Source: an uncultured Candidatus Saccharibacteria bacterium
Lineage (GTDB): Bacteria; Patescibacteriota; Minisyncoccia; Phycocordibacterales; JACOZG01
NCBI GenBank assembly: GCA_964648765.1
Contig: CAZYLF010000001.1
Span: 79,042 to 143,041, forward strand
Direction of reading: 5' to 3'
Length of the DNA stretch: 64,000 nucleotides
In this document: one piece after another, positions 10,163 to 19,848 of the stretch
Position numbering within the stretch: the stretch's first letter is position 1
Layout of the letters: each line of letters opens with the position of its first letter
Program-made: the position numbers and the translations under genes
Notes under the pieces: generated by a model
Databases searched by the model: none
The model's input: the letters and a program-made list of their open reading frames with translations, nothing else
What the model was told of the DNA's origin: nothing

Positions 10163-12100
10163 TTAAAAGTCGATTAACCAACCTGATTGTTTTTTATCTA
10201 ACTCTGCTTCATTTAAATCTGCTAAAAATTCTGACGGTAAACGTGGCTGAAGGCTACCAAATATTGTCCTGGCTTCAGCGTAGCATAAATATAATTTTTT
10301 CCTCGCGCGCGTGATCGCCACATAAAATAATCTGCGCTCCTCCTCATTATCCCTTTCAGATTCCTCGCCCATTCTTGGTGCCGATGGAAATAAATCTTGC
10401 TCCAAGCCCATCACAAAAACGTAATCAAATTCTAAACCTTTGGCCGCGTGCACGGTCATAAGGCGCACGCCACCGCCATCTTTAATTGTGTCTTGATCAG
10501 CAATTAATGCGGTGTCGGTGAGCATTTGTTCTAGTCCCTCGCCGAGAGGGAAGATGTCATAACGCTTGGCGAGAGTTACTAATTCCTTAATGTTTTCCAA
10601 CCGCTCTTTATCTTGCTCATCTTTAGATTCAGCTAATTGATCCCCTAACCCAGATCGTTTCACGATGAGTTTAATAAGCTCTGAGGGCAACTCTTTTTCT
10701 CCCGCGTTTTTAATCTCTGTTTGTAATTTACGAAAGTTCTCAACTTTAATTTGCGTAGCTTTTGGCAAAGTGCTGGCAAGTCCAGAAAATATTTTAGCAA
10801 TTGTGGCTTTACCAATTCCGCGCGGTGGCACATTGATCACACGCTTGGTACTCTCAATATCTTCCGGATTTAGCGAACATTTAAGTAAACTTAAAACATC
10901 TTTAATTTCTTGTCGGTCGAAAAATCTTGTGCCCACCACTTGATACGGCGTGCGATTATTTATCAACGCTTCTTCAATTGCTCGCGATTGATAATTGGCG
11001 CGATAAAGTACACCAATATTTTTCGCTTGCGCTTGTTCGCTCTGAATTAACTTTTCAATTGCTTCAGCCACGAGCCCGGCCTCCTCATTTTCATCCATAC
11101 CTACGATCAGCGCAATTTCTTCCCCACCTTTTTTACGAGTAAATAAATTTTTCTCTTTCCGTTTTTTATTTTTAGCGATTACGGAATTGGCGAAGTCGAG
11201 GATTACCTGCGTGCTCCGATAATTTTCTTCAAGTGTTACCACTTTGGCTTCCGGATAATCTTCTTCAAATCTTAAAATATTTGTGAAGTCGGCACCGCGC
11301 CAACTGTAAATAGATTGATCCACGTCACCAACCACACAAATATTTCTGCGCTCGCCAGCGAGCAATTTAGAGAGTGCATATTGCACAGCGTTTGTGTCTT
11401 GGTATTCATCAATGTGGATGTACTGCCAACGCTCTTGATAAATTTTTAAACGCTCCGGATTATCGCGCAAGAGTAAAGTAGCTTTTAATAATAAATCGTC
11501 GAAGTCGAGAGAGTGGCTCGCCTTCTTTAAACTTTCATATTTCTTCCACGCCTCAACCACGAGATTAATGAAGAACTCATTGGAACCTTGCGCGTAGGTT
11601 AAATATTCGTCGGGGCCGCGCATTAAGTTTTTCTGTTTCGAAATAGTGCTAGAAATTTTTTGCGGCAAACCGTTATCAATTGGCGCGCCGCCTTCCTTGA
11701 GCGCTTGTTTAATTAACTTCACCGATTCGTCCTTATCAATAATTTGGAAGAATTTCGGTAAATTAAAATATGCCAGATTTTCTTTAATCAATCTCACGCC
11801 GAGCGCATGAAACGTACTAACCCAGGGCCTCCCGCCAGAGGCGGGTAAATTTGCCCACATACTGTTTCCGCTTTCTTCCATTAAGCCCCTGAGACGCTCC
11901 CCCATTTCCTTGGCTGCTTTGTTGGTAAAAGTGATGGCCATAATACTCTCCGGTGCCACCCCATTTTTAATTAAATGAAAAATCCGATGAGTGATCGTTT
12001 TGGTTTTGCCTGCGCCCGCACCCGCCACAATCAAAAGCGGTCCTCGCTCGTGCAAGACCGCTTCCTTTTGCGCCTCATTGAGACCCGCCAAATAATCCAT
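10163..12100 (-). CDS. pcrA: ATP-dependent DNA helicase PcrA/UvrD
   Basis: AGAGAGKT, TFTNKAA, IDEYQDTN, VGDVDQSIYSWRGA, MTVHAAKGLEF, EERRLFYVAITRA. Confidence 0.95.
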   Translation of the reverse strand: MDYLAGLNEAQKEAVLHERGPLLIVAGAGAGKTKTITHRIFHLIKNGVAPESIMAITFTNKAAKEMGERLRGLMEESGNSMWANLPASGGRPWVSTFHALGVRLIKENLAYFNLPKFFQIIDKDESVKLIKQALKEGGAPIDNGLPQKISSTISKQKNLMRGPDEYLTYAQGSNEFFINLVVEAWKKYESLKKASHSLDFDDLLLKATLLLRDNPERLKIYQERWQYIHIDEYQDTNAVQYALSKLLAGERRNICVVGDVDQSIYSWRGADFTNILRFEEDYPEAKVVTLEENYRSTQVILDFANSVIAKNKKRKEKNLFTRKKGGEEIALIVGMDENEEAGLVAEAIEKLIQSEQAQAKNIGVLYRANYQSRAIEEALINNRTPYQVVGTRFFDRQEIKDVLSLLKCSLNPEDIESTKRVINVPPRGIGKATIAKIFSGLASTLPKATQIKVENFRKLQTEIKNAGEKELPSELIKLIVKRSGLGDQLAESKDEQDKERLENIKELVTLAKRYDIFPLGEGLEQMLTDTALIADQDTIKDGGGVRLMTVHAAKGLEFDYVFVMGLEQDLFPSAPRMGEESERDNEEERRLFYVAITRARKKLYLCYAEARTIFGSLQPRLPSEFLADLNEAELDKKQSGWLIDF

Positions 12101-12385
12101 TAACTATTTATAACATTTTTATACTACTTGCCGAAATAATTTGCCAAAAAACTTATCCCCATGTGTAGTTTGTAACAGTTCGCGAGAAGGGTGTTTTTTT
12201 GCTATAGTAACCCTTATCCAGATTTGACTGATTTGCTGTAATGTCACCGCCTCGCCGACTCGCTATACAATAGGCTTATTTTATCCAAAACCTCTAAAAT
12301 AGTCATATTTACCAAGCTTTTTTACAAAAAGCCTATTTTTGTTTTACTTATTACGACTATTATTTTTAGTCCAATCTTAATCGTT

Positions 12386-13291
12386 TTGCCCTTGGCTCGG
12401 GCCAACACCACTCCACTCTCTAGTACTGGGGTGGTTTTAAATTCACAAAATGTTCCGCTTGTTGGAACTTCCGGCACTAGCAACCAGCTCCCTTTCCGCG
12501 GTGGCGGTGACATTACAATTTTGGACGACAGCGCCTTGATGCCAGAGTCACCACTCTCTTTACTTGCCTCAGAGGCCTCGGAAGTGGCAGCTGGCAAAGG
12601 CGACATTAGTATTTATGTGGTACGCGAAGGAGATTCGCTCTCGGGGATTGCTCAAATGTTTGATGTTTCCGTTAACACAATTGTGTGGGCCAACGACATT
12701 CCTCGTGCCACCGCTATTTACGAGGGTCAGGTGCTGGTGATTTTGCCAGTTTCTGGGCTTAAGTATGAGGTGAAGAAGGGCGACACTCTTGCCTCCCTCG
12801 CTAAGCGTTACCATGGCGATTTGGAGGAAATTGCCCAGTTTAATGATCTTGACCCAAATGGCGCGCTCGCTGTGGGTACCGAGATTATTATCCCTGACGG
12901 TGAGATGGTGGCTGTGGAAGGAAGTAGTGGTCCGGCCCCGGTTTTTGTGGACTTCTTTATGAGGCCAATTAAGGTGGGTAAAAAGACCCAAGGAATCCAT
13001 GGTTACAACGGTGTGGATATTGGCGCTCCAACTGGCACACCAGTCCTCGCCTCCGCGGCTGGCACGGTGATGGTGAGCCGAAGTGGTGGTTGGAACGGCG
13101 GTTACGGCAACTTTATTGTGATCAAACATAGCAATGGCACCCAGACTTTGTATGCGCACAATAGTGAGAATTTGGTAAAAGTGGGTGCCAAGGTGGTGCA
13201 GGGTCAGGTGATTGGTTATGTGGGTTCAACTGGTAAATCCACAGGGCCTCACCTCCACTTTGAGGTTCGTGGAGCAAAGAACCCGTTTTAA
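12386..13291 (+). CDS. LysM x2 plus M23 peptidase; true start probably upstream
   Basis: Two LysM motifs (YVVREGDSLSGIA, YEVKKGDTLASLA); GYGNF, YAHN, STGPHLHFEV. Confidence 0.9.
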   Translation: MPLARANTTPLSSTGVVLNSQNVPLVGTSGTSNQLPFRGGGDITILDDSALMPESPLSLLASEASEVAAGKGDISIYVVREGDSLSGIAQMFDVSVNTIVWANDIPRATAIYEGQVLVILPVSGLKYEVKKGDTLASLAKRYHGDLEEIAQFNDLDPNGALAVGTEIIIPDGEMVAVEGSSGPAPVFVDFFMRPIKVGKKTQGIHGYNGVDIGAPTGTPVLASAAGTVMVSRSGGWNGGYGNFIVIKHSNGTQTLYAHNSENLVKVGAKVVQGQVIGYVGSTGKSTGPHLHFEVRGAKNPF

Positions 13292-13315
13292 ATAAGATCT
13301 AGATAATACCTTAAG

Positions 13316-13348
13316 CAAAAAAATACCCCGCAAGGGGCTATTTTTTTG
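13316..13348. terminator. Bidirectional intrinsic terminator
   Basis: A-run, CCCC-GCAA-GGGG, T-run between convergent genes. Confidence 0.75.
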
Positions 13349-14888
13349 GCCTGTATTGAAGTGCCTCGAGGAGATGTTCTTCTTTAATATCGGGTGCAGA
13401 GGCGAGGTCGGCGATGGTGCGGGCAAGTTTGATGATGCGGTGATAGGCGCGCGCGGAGAGTTCAAGTTGTTTGGCAGATGAATTTAAAAGTTTTACACAC
13501 GAGTCAGAAAGTGGGGCCAACTTCTCAATTTCTTTGGCGCTGATTTGGCTATTTAACTTTTCGCTCACGTTTAATTTTTGCGAGCGCGCTTTCTGCCTTT
13601 CGCGCGCGGCCATTACTCGCTCTTTAATTTTCAGTGATGTCTCACCTCCTCCACCTTTTTGTGAAAGTTTTTCATATTCCACTACGGGCACGTCGAGCCA
13701 CAGGTCGATGCGGTCGATGATGGGGCCAGAGATTTTACGTTCATATTTCATTAATGCTCCAGCCGAGCACACACATTCTTTTCCTCGCACGCCTTTGTGT
13801 CCGCAGGGGCAAGGATTCATGGTAGCGATTAGAATGAAGCTTGCCGGGAAGGTCATAGACCCCCGCGCTCTCGCGATCTGGATCACGCGGTCCTCAAGTG
13901 GTTGGCGCAGAGATTCAATTACCCTGCGATCAAATTCTGGGAATTCATCGAGGAATAAAACGCCGTGATGGGCTAAAGTAATCTCGCCCGGTTTGGGCCA
14001 AGCACCACCACCCACGAGTGAGATGTAGGACGCGGTGTGATGTGGCGCGCGCAGTGGGGGCCGAGTTACGAGCAAGTTACCAAGCACGCCAGCGGCGGAG
14101 TGGATGCCCGTGGCCTCCATCATTTGATTAAAATTTAAGTTGGGGAGAATACTAGTGAAGGCTTTAGCGAGCATTGATTTACCCGTGCCTGGCGGGCCCG
14201 ACATCGCTAAGTTGTGACCACCAGCCGCGGCAATCTCAAGTCCGCGCTTGGCGGAGAATTGCCCCTTCACATCACTCATATCAAATAAGTGATCCAGAAT
14301 AATTTCTGACTCATCCACCTCTGTCGGCGGTTCAGGATTGAGGATCACAATCACCCTTTCTTCTGGCTCCTCTTTTGGTGATAAATGATTGGTGAGTTCG
14401 GCGAGATTTTTAATTCCAAAGACTTTTAAATTTTTTATTAATGCTGCTTCTTTAGCATTTTCTTTCGGTAAATAAAGTTCGATGAAGCCGGCTTTGGCTA
14501 ACTTCTCGGCGATCATTAGCGCGCCTTTAATCCCCCGCACTTCACCGTTGAGCGCAAGCTCTCCGAGAAAGGCTACCTTTTTTGGTTCAAATTTAATTTC
14601 TTTAGCGGCCAGCAGAAAGCCCACCGCGATTGCAAGATCAAAAACTGGCCCCTCCTTCTTTACATCCGCTGGGGCTAAACTCACAATCACTTTTTTGTTC
14701 CCCTTCTGTGGAGATTTAAATCCCGAATTTTTTATAGCGGCACTAATGCGATCTTCAGCTTCTTGAATTGCTTTGTCGGGCAAACCCACAATCGAGAACG
14801 AGTGGAGACCTTTTGAAATATCCACTTCCACACTTACCAGATCAACTTTAAGTCCCACCACTTGAGCGCTATGAACTTTTGCGAGCAT
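13338..14888 (-). CDS. comM: ComM/YifB Mg-chelatase-like AAA+ ATPase
   Basis: IVGLPD, GPPGTGKSM, RAPHHTAS, PGEITLAHHGVLFLDE, MNPCPCG, ARTIADL. Confidence 0.93.
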   Translation of the reverse strand: MLAKVHSAQVVGLKVDLVSVEVDISKGLHSFSIVGLPDKAIQEAEDRISAAIKNSGFKSPQKGNKKVIVSLAPADVKKEGPVFDLAIAVGFLLAAKEIKFEPKKVAFLGELALNGEVRGIKGALMIAEKLAKAGFIELYLPKENAKEAALIKNLKVFGIKNLAELTNHLSPKEEPEERVIVILNPEPPTEVDESEIILDHLFDMSDVKGQFSAKRGLEIAAAGGHNLAMSGPPGTGKSMLAKAFTSILPNLNFNQMMEATGIHSAAGVLGNLLVTRPPLRAPHHTASYISLVGGGAWPKPGEITLAHHGVLFLDEFPEFDRRVIESLRQPLEDRVIQIARARGSMTFPASFILIATMNPCPCGHKGVRGKECVCSAGALMKYERKISGPIIDRIDLWLDVPVVEYEKLSQKGGGGETSLKIKERVMAARERQKARSQKLNVSEKLNSQISAKEIEKLAPLSDSCVKLLNSSAKQLELSARAYHRIIKLARTIADLASAPDIKEEHLLEALQYRPKK

Positions 14889-14947
14889 TGCTCAATTATA
14901 GCAAAATAAAAAACCCGCAAAGTTTTTAACTTGCGGGCGTATAGGCA

Positions 14948-15139
14948 TTAACGACGCTGAAGCTTTACCAGTTGTTCAATCCTCGATGAATAAATTTCTC
15001 CTTTTGGGGCCCAAAGCAGTCTCGCTAATTCCTCGTGTTGTCGCCAGATATTAGTCCCTTGTTTACATTCTCCCACAACTATTTTGAAGATAGAAATCGG
15101 GTTGAGGAAAAACAAAATTTTTCTTATGTAGTGCATCAT
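14948..15139 (-). CDS. Small hypothetical protein with its own expression signals
   Basis: AAAGGAGG SD, boxA-like GTTCTTCAAAC, terminator at 14908-14937. Confidence 0.55.
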   Translation of the reverse strand: MMHYIRKILFFLNPISIFKIVVGECKQGTNIWRQHEELARLLWAPKGEIYSSRIEQLVKLQRR

Positions 15140-15196
15140 CTACCTCCTTTAAAAAGGTTTGTTTGAAGAACAACTAACTACTCACAACCTACCACT

Positions 15197-15556
15197 TTAC
15201 AGATGCGCTTTGCAAGTGAGAGCTGCAGGGTTGGCGTCGAGACGTTCCTCCTCAATTGATTGTCCGCAAACATTGCAAATTCCGTAAGTCCCCTCACTCA
15301 TTCTGGCTAAAGCCGATTTTACTTCATGCAAACGGCTTTCAAGTGGCAAAGTTTCCGCCTCGCGATCATCGAGTTCTTCCAAACGTTCGGCTACATCCTC
15401 ACGGAATTCAATTTCTGATAGATCGTCAGATTTGGCTTGCCAGTTTTCTGGATTTTTTGGATCTTTGGTAGCGATACCGCTTAACTCCTCTTCGAGCACT
15501 GCTCGCTCATCCTCGAGTTTGGCTTTTAATTCAGCTTTTTTAGCATCATTTAACAT
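15197..15556 (-). CDS. DksA/TraR family C4 zinc-finger protein
   Basis: ALARMSEGTYGICNVCGQSIEEERLDANPAALTC. Confidence 0.9.
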   Translation of the reverse strand: MLNDAKKAELKAKLEDERAVLEEELSGIATKDPKNPENWQAKSDDLSEIEFREDVAERLEELDDREAETLPLESRLHEVKSALARMSEGTYGICNVCGQSIEEERLDANPAALTCKAHL

Positions 15557-15584
15557 ATAAGCAATATATCAAACGGTCTAATTT

Positions 15585-16820
15585 TTACAATAGCGACAAG
15601 CGGCTAATTAGGTATTCTAGAGATTTGTCGTTGGTGGTTATCACCAAATAACGATTACCTACAATGGTGTAAATCATTTGACTGGCACCAAAAGCGTCGG
15701 GGAGCACGCGCACTTCAAGATTTTGAAAGAGTCGAGAATTAAATACTGCCGTGGCATTTTTGCTTCCGATTAAGGTTGTTAATCTTGAGGCCAGATTTGG
15801 CTCCCACTCCATAATATTTTCGTTTGTGGCGCCACTTACCTCAGCAATCAAGAAGCCGTTTTTAGTTTCATTAATATTTAAAATTCCGTACAAAAATTTT
15901 GATCCAAATTTTGAAATTAAGGTTGCCGGTGCACCAAGTGCCAGCTTACTTTGGAAGCGGGCAAAATCAATTTGCTTTTCGCCTTCCACAAATGCGAGGC
16001 CCGTGAGCGCCTTGTCTTCTTTGGCGTTAGTGAAAACTTGATCAATTTGCGAGCGTAAACCTTCAGCGTCGAGTTTGCTTACTTCTACTTCAACCTCTTC
16101 ATCCGCGGGGATTAAATAAGTAGGTTTAAAGGTTGGAGTATTTGTGGTGACGGTTTCACCGTTTATTAAATTCTTAACTTTTTCAGTGATTTGGGTGGCC
16201 GTGTTGGGGAAGAAGATAAGTAACACCGCGCTCCCACTGGCGGCAAGGAGTAAGATTATTAAAAAAATTAGCAAACCAATCTTCCCTCCCCTTTTAGGTT
16301 TTTCGGTTGTCATTCCGCCTGGCATTGATAAACCCATCCTTGCGCGATCCTTTTCTTGGATAACCATTTTGGTCATACTCATTTCCTCGTCGCGAATGGT
16401 GCGAGCCATGTCACTTTTTAGTGTATGAATGGAGCTGAGTGTACTTACTGGAGCTTGTCTAACTGTGTTTATCTTTAATTCTGATTGTTTAATTTTGCGG
16501 AGACGGTCGTCGTATTGCTCCTTCTCCTTTTTGCCTTCTGAAGCTAGTTTTTGTTTTAAAGCTTCGGCTTTTGCGTTTTCTTCTTGTCGACGCTTTTCCA
16601 TATCTTGTGCTAAGCGCTCTTTAGCAATGGCGCGTGAACGTTCAGTCTGCTCAGCATTGATTCGAACACGTTTTTGTTCCTCGCTTTCCATGGCGGCACG
16701 AGCATCAGATCTACGTTTGGTTAGCACCGCAGTTTCAGCCTCCCGGCGTTTTGCCACCTCCTCACCTTCCATAGCTTTACGCGCCTCCTCTCGGCGAGCT
16801 TGGAGATCGTCAGGACCCAT
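15585..16820 (-). CDS. Coiled-coil single-TM CPR protein
   Basis: Charged helical N-terminus, one TM, external C-terminal domain. Confidence 0.75.
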   Translation of the reverse strand: MGPDDLQARREEARKAMEGEEVAKRREAETAVLTKRRSDARAAMESEEQKRVRINAEQTERSRAIAKERLAQDMEKRRQEENAKAEALKQKLASEGKKEKEQYDDRLRKIKQSELKINTVRQAPVSTLSSIHTLKSDMARTIRDEEMSMTKMVIQEKDRARMGLSMPGGMTTEKPKRGGKIGLLIFLIILLLAASGSAVLLIFFPNTATQITEKVKNLINGETVTTNTPTFKPTYLIPADEEVEVEVSKLDAEGLRSQIDQVFTNAKEDKALTGLAFVEGEKQIDFARFQSKLALGAPATLISKFGSKFLYGILNINETKNGFLIAEVSGATNENIMEWEPNLASRLTTLIGSKNATAVFNSRLFQNLEVRVLPDAFGASQMIYTIVGNRYLVITTNDKSLEYLISRLSLL

Positions 16821-16822
16821 AC

Positions 16823-17413
16823 TTATTTTATTCCTCCAGTTACCTTCAGTTCTTGTAACCGATTTTTGAGTCTGTCTTCCTCGGCTAAAATTTCTCGATA
16901 CTCTTTAGTGTTAGTTTCAATCACGCTTTCAATCTCCCACAGATTTTGCTGGAGATCCCATTTTTCCTTTTCAGCTTTTCGGCGAGCGTCATCAGCCTCC
17001 CAGCGCTTTTTCTCTACTTCAATTTTTTGTTGAGGCAAGGTGGCCTTAGCCTCTTCAAGTTCAAGTGTGGCCTCGGCATCCTCGGCTAACTTCTCTGCTT
17101 CCAAAATTGGCTTAAGGGCGTTATTAATAATTTTACGTTTGTCGTCTTGCTTAACCCACTCAAGTTCGTAATGCTCTTTATTTTTTTCAAGCTTGGCGAG
17201 CTTGGCCTCAATCTCGGCGATTTCTTTGCCGGCTGTTTGACTCCTCTCCTCTTCCAAACGCTTTTCGGTGTGCTCTAAACCTTCCATCGCCATTTTGGCT
17301 TCGGATAATTTTTTCTCTAATGATTTTTGTAAATCTACTTCCGGGTTTACTACTGGAGCTGCATTTACTGGCGTCGGGTTTGTTGCTGGTTGGGTGTTGT
17401 TAGGTTCATCCAT
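16823..17413 (-). CDS. Coiled-coil hypothetical protein
   Basis: 196 aa E/K-rich heptads; TATAAT 6 nt before ATG. Confidence 0.75.
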   Translation of the reverse strand: MDEPNNTQPATNPTPVNAAPVVNPEVDLQKSLEKKLSEAKMAMEGLEHTEKRLEEERSQTAGKEIAEIEAKLAKLEKNKEHYELEWVKQDDKRKIINNALKPILEAEKLAEDAEATLELEEAKATLPQQKIEVEKKRWEADDARRKAEKEKWDLQQNLWEIESVIETNTKEYREILAEEDRLKNRLQELKVTGGIK

Positions 17414-17439
17414 AAAATAATTATAGACGAAAATGTTTT

Positions 17440-18054
17440 TTATTCCAGAGTAGTTGTGATTTGTTCAGGAGATTCCGCTATTGCGGGAGTTTCTTTAACG
17501 GTTGTTTGGCGGCGATTTGTACTGCGGTTGTTGTTAGTCCCGTTACCTCCACCTAAAAGATATTTGCGAGGATTGTTGCACAAATCAATAAAGTCGTCAG
17601 CGGCTTCTTTAAGTTTGCCTGATGTGCTTTTACCAAAGGCAATCGCTTCCACTTGGTTACCGCTATGAATTTTTAAATACTCAACGAGAGGCACAAAGTC
17701 TCCGTCACCCGAGACGATTACTACGGCGTCGAGACGTGGTGCGAGCTTAATTGCGTCTACCGCTAAGCCCACATCCCAGTCTGCCTTTTTAGAACCACCG
17801 GCAAAAATTTGTAAATCTTTAGTTTTAATTTCGATGCCCATTTTGGCCATCGCCTCAAAAAAGTTCTTTTCTTCTCCACTTTCAGTAGTTACCACGTAGG
17901 CTACGGCTCGGATTAATGTGCGTCCAGCCACTGCTTCTTTTAAAATTGCTCCGAAATTTACCCGTGCTCCGTATAGATTTTTGGCACAGTGATAGAGATT
18001 TTGGGTATCGATGAATACACCGACCCTTTGTCCCTTATGTTTGATTATTGGCAT
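17440..18054 (-). CDS. NYN domain (LabA/DUF88) protein
   Basis: VFIDTQNL, KADWDVGLAVD, SGDGDFVPL. Confidence 0.9.
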   Translation of the reverse strand: MPIIKHKGQRVGVFIDTQNLYHCAKNLYGARVNFGAILKEAVAGRTLIRAVAYVVTTESGEEKNFFEAMAKMGIEIKTKDLQIFAGGSKKADWDVGLAVDAIKLAPRLDAVVIVSGDGDFVPLVEYLKIHSGNQVEAIAFGKSTSGKLKEAADDFIDLCNNPRKYLLGGGNGTNNNRSTNRRQTTVKETPAIAESPEQITTTLE

Positions 18055-18064
18055 AAAAATGCGT

Positions 18065-18289
18065 TTACTTGCTTCGGCGTGCTAAAAACTTTTCATGAGC
18101 GCGGCGTTTAGAAACTAGTTTTAAAAGCCCACGTCGTGAATGCTCATCCTTTTTATTTTTCTTTAAATGTTTGGTGAGCTCGTCAATTCTTTCTGAAATC
18201 ATAGCCACTTGCACAGCCGAAGAGCCGGTATCCTTTTCGTGGATCTGGCTTTTCTTAATAATTGTCTGTTTTTTCTTGGTTGACAGCAT
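18065..18289 (-). CDS. rpsO: 30S ribosomal protein S15
   Basis: [36 protein letters not shown]. Confidence 0.97.
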   Translation of the reverse strand: MLSTKKKQTIIKKSQIHEKDTGSSAVQVAMISERIDELTKHLKKNKKDEHSRRGLLKLVSKRRAHEKFLARRSK

Positions 18290-18334
18290 GGGGCTATCGT
18301 ATCACAGTCTTTTTAAAAATGCAAGTTTGGTATT

Positions 18335-18368
18335 AAAAAAAGAAAACCCGAGCTCCAGACGGGTTTTC
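18335..18368 (-). terminator. Terminator after the PurA-like gene
   Basis: GAAAACCC/GGGTTTTC stem with a U-run on the minus strand. Confidence 0.65.
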
Positions 18369-18394
18369 CGTTAGAGTTCGGGTTGAATCATTTT

Positions 18395-19750
18395 CTACAC
18401 GACATTTTTATCTTCCGAAGTCGGGCCATACGACCGGTAACCGACCGGACTCTCGCAGACACTGGCGACATATTCTTCAAGTTCTTGTGCACTATTTATG
18501 AATCCTGTTCCGCCACCACTTGCTCTCATTAAGAGAGCAGTCATATCTGACTGATGTTTAAGTGTCGGATCAAACTTGATTGGTAGTTCTCCAATCACTT
18601 GACCTGAAATCGGATCAGTATAGTGGTCACAGAACTCTAATCGAGTTAGCCGCCCAAAGACATCCTCATGGGTGACTGCAATTTTTGTAAGTGGTGTCAC
18701 CTTTTTAACGCAGGCGGCCGCGTACCTAAGTAACACTCCATCCAAGTGACCGAAACGAAATTTTCCTTGCCACTCTCCTTTGGTGTTATGTTCCTGAGGT
18801 GAGAGGTACTTTTCTTGGCCCTCTGTTTCAGTGGGGAAGGGGCCGGCTCCATGGCGGGTGCCATAAGCTCTGGTGATCCCTATTGTTTCTACTCCGCCCG
18901 CGAAACCATTTTCCTCAAGAATTATCAGGGCGTTTGCGGGTGTGGTTGTGCTCCAGGTAGTGTGCGGGTGAAAACCGAACCACTCATCGAGGAGTACACC
19001 TTGCGCTCCTTCAAACACAACAGGACCTGAATTAAACATCATTTTCACCACTGCTTCCCCGATGATGTTTAAGTGCTTTGATAGTTCGAAATAAGTCTGA
19101 GCTATCAACGTAGGGTGCCCTGGCCCCATCAAGAGATCAGTTTCAGCCATTAAATCAGTGGTGTTCATCTGCTCTGGAGAGAAGCCCATTAATAGCAGCT
19201 CCGCCCTTTTTCTTTCTTGAATGGCGGTGAGGATCTTGGTTACGTGTTTTTTGTTTGATAGATCACCAGCATAGATGACTTCATCTGGGCGATTTACTAA
19301 ATCGGTTGCCGTTTCACCAATCCCCTTACCGCAAGAGCCATGTCTTCCGTTACCCCTCACCCATTCCCGTATACGATTACTGGCCACATGAATGGGAGTG
19401 ATCACCGGAGCTCGATAGTCAATAAAATGCCTACCCATCACGGAGCCTCCGATTTTTCTCGATAGAACATTTGCTTCGTCGGCCAGTGCAACTGGATCCC
19501 ACAACATGAAACGGGAGATTAATGTTTGAACCCCATCAATAAAGGTGCCACTGCCAAATTGTGCGAAGGTGTGGTGTTTGCCACTCCCCGAGACGACATT
19601 ATGAGCTGCCTGGGAGCCACCGTTATAACGAACAACTAGTTTAGCCCCATGGTGACGGCATAAAAAATCCGTCATCGTCCCTTTTCCCTCATCTCCAAAG
19701 CCTAAGCCAACTATGATGTGGGCGGCATATTTTGCCTTACATTTGCTCAT
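18395..19750 (-). CDS. Divergent adenylosuccinate synthetase-like protein
   Basis: GFGDEGKG, RYNGGSQAAHN, FEGAQGVLLD and TRHGAGPFPTE retained; aspartate-binding loop and TKLD motif altered. Confidence 0.85.
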   Translation of the reverse strand: MSKCKAKYAAHIIVGLGFGDEGKGTMTDFLCRHHGAKLVVRYNGGSQAAHNVVSGSGKHHTFAQFGSGTFIDGVQTLISRFMLWDPVALADEANVLSRKIGGSVMGRHFIDYRAPVITPIHVASNRIREWVRGNGRHGSCGKGIGETATDLVNRPDEVIYAGDLSNKKHVTKILTAIQERKRAELLLMGFSPEQMNTTDLMAETDLLMGPGHPTLIAQTYFELSKHLNIIGEAVVKMMFNSGPVVFEGAQGVLLDEWFGFHPHTTWSTTTPANALIILEENGFAGGVETIGITRAYGTRHGAGPFPTETEGQEKYLSPQEHNTKGEWQGKFRFGHLDGVLLRYAAACVKKVTPLTKIAVTHEDVFGRLTRLEFCDHYTDPISGQVIGELPIKFDPTLKHQSDMTALLMRASGGGTGFINSAQELEEYVASVCESPVGYRSYGPTSEDKNVV

Positions 19751-19771
19751 TTTTATACCCTTTCCACAAAT

Positions 19772-19808
19772 AAAAAAGAACTTAACCAGATTCCTCTGGT
19801 TAAGTTCT
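19772..19808 (-). terminator. Terminator-like hairpin between vWA and PurA-like genes
   Basis: 14-bp stem AGAACTTAACCAGA, GGAA loop, U-run. Confidence 0.7.
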
Positions 19809-19848
19809 ATACTACTTACTTTAATTTGTCAAGTGCAAAGCTAAACTT

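Noticed and set aside
18395-19750. PurZ / Z-genome pathway
   Set aside because: The catalytic Asp of GDEGKG is retained, and there are no datZ, mazZ or polymerase neighbours.
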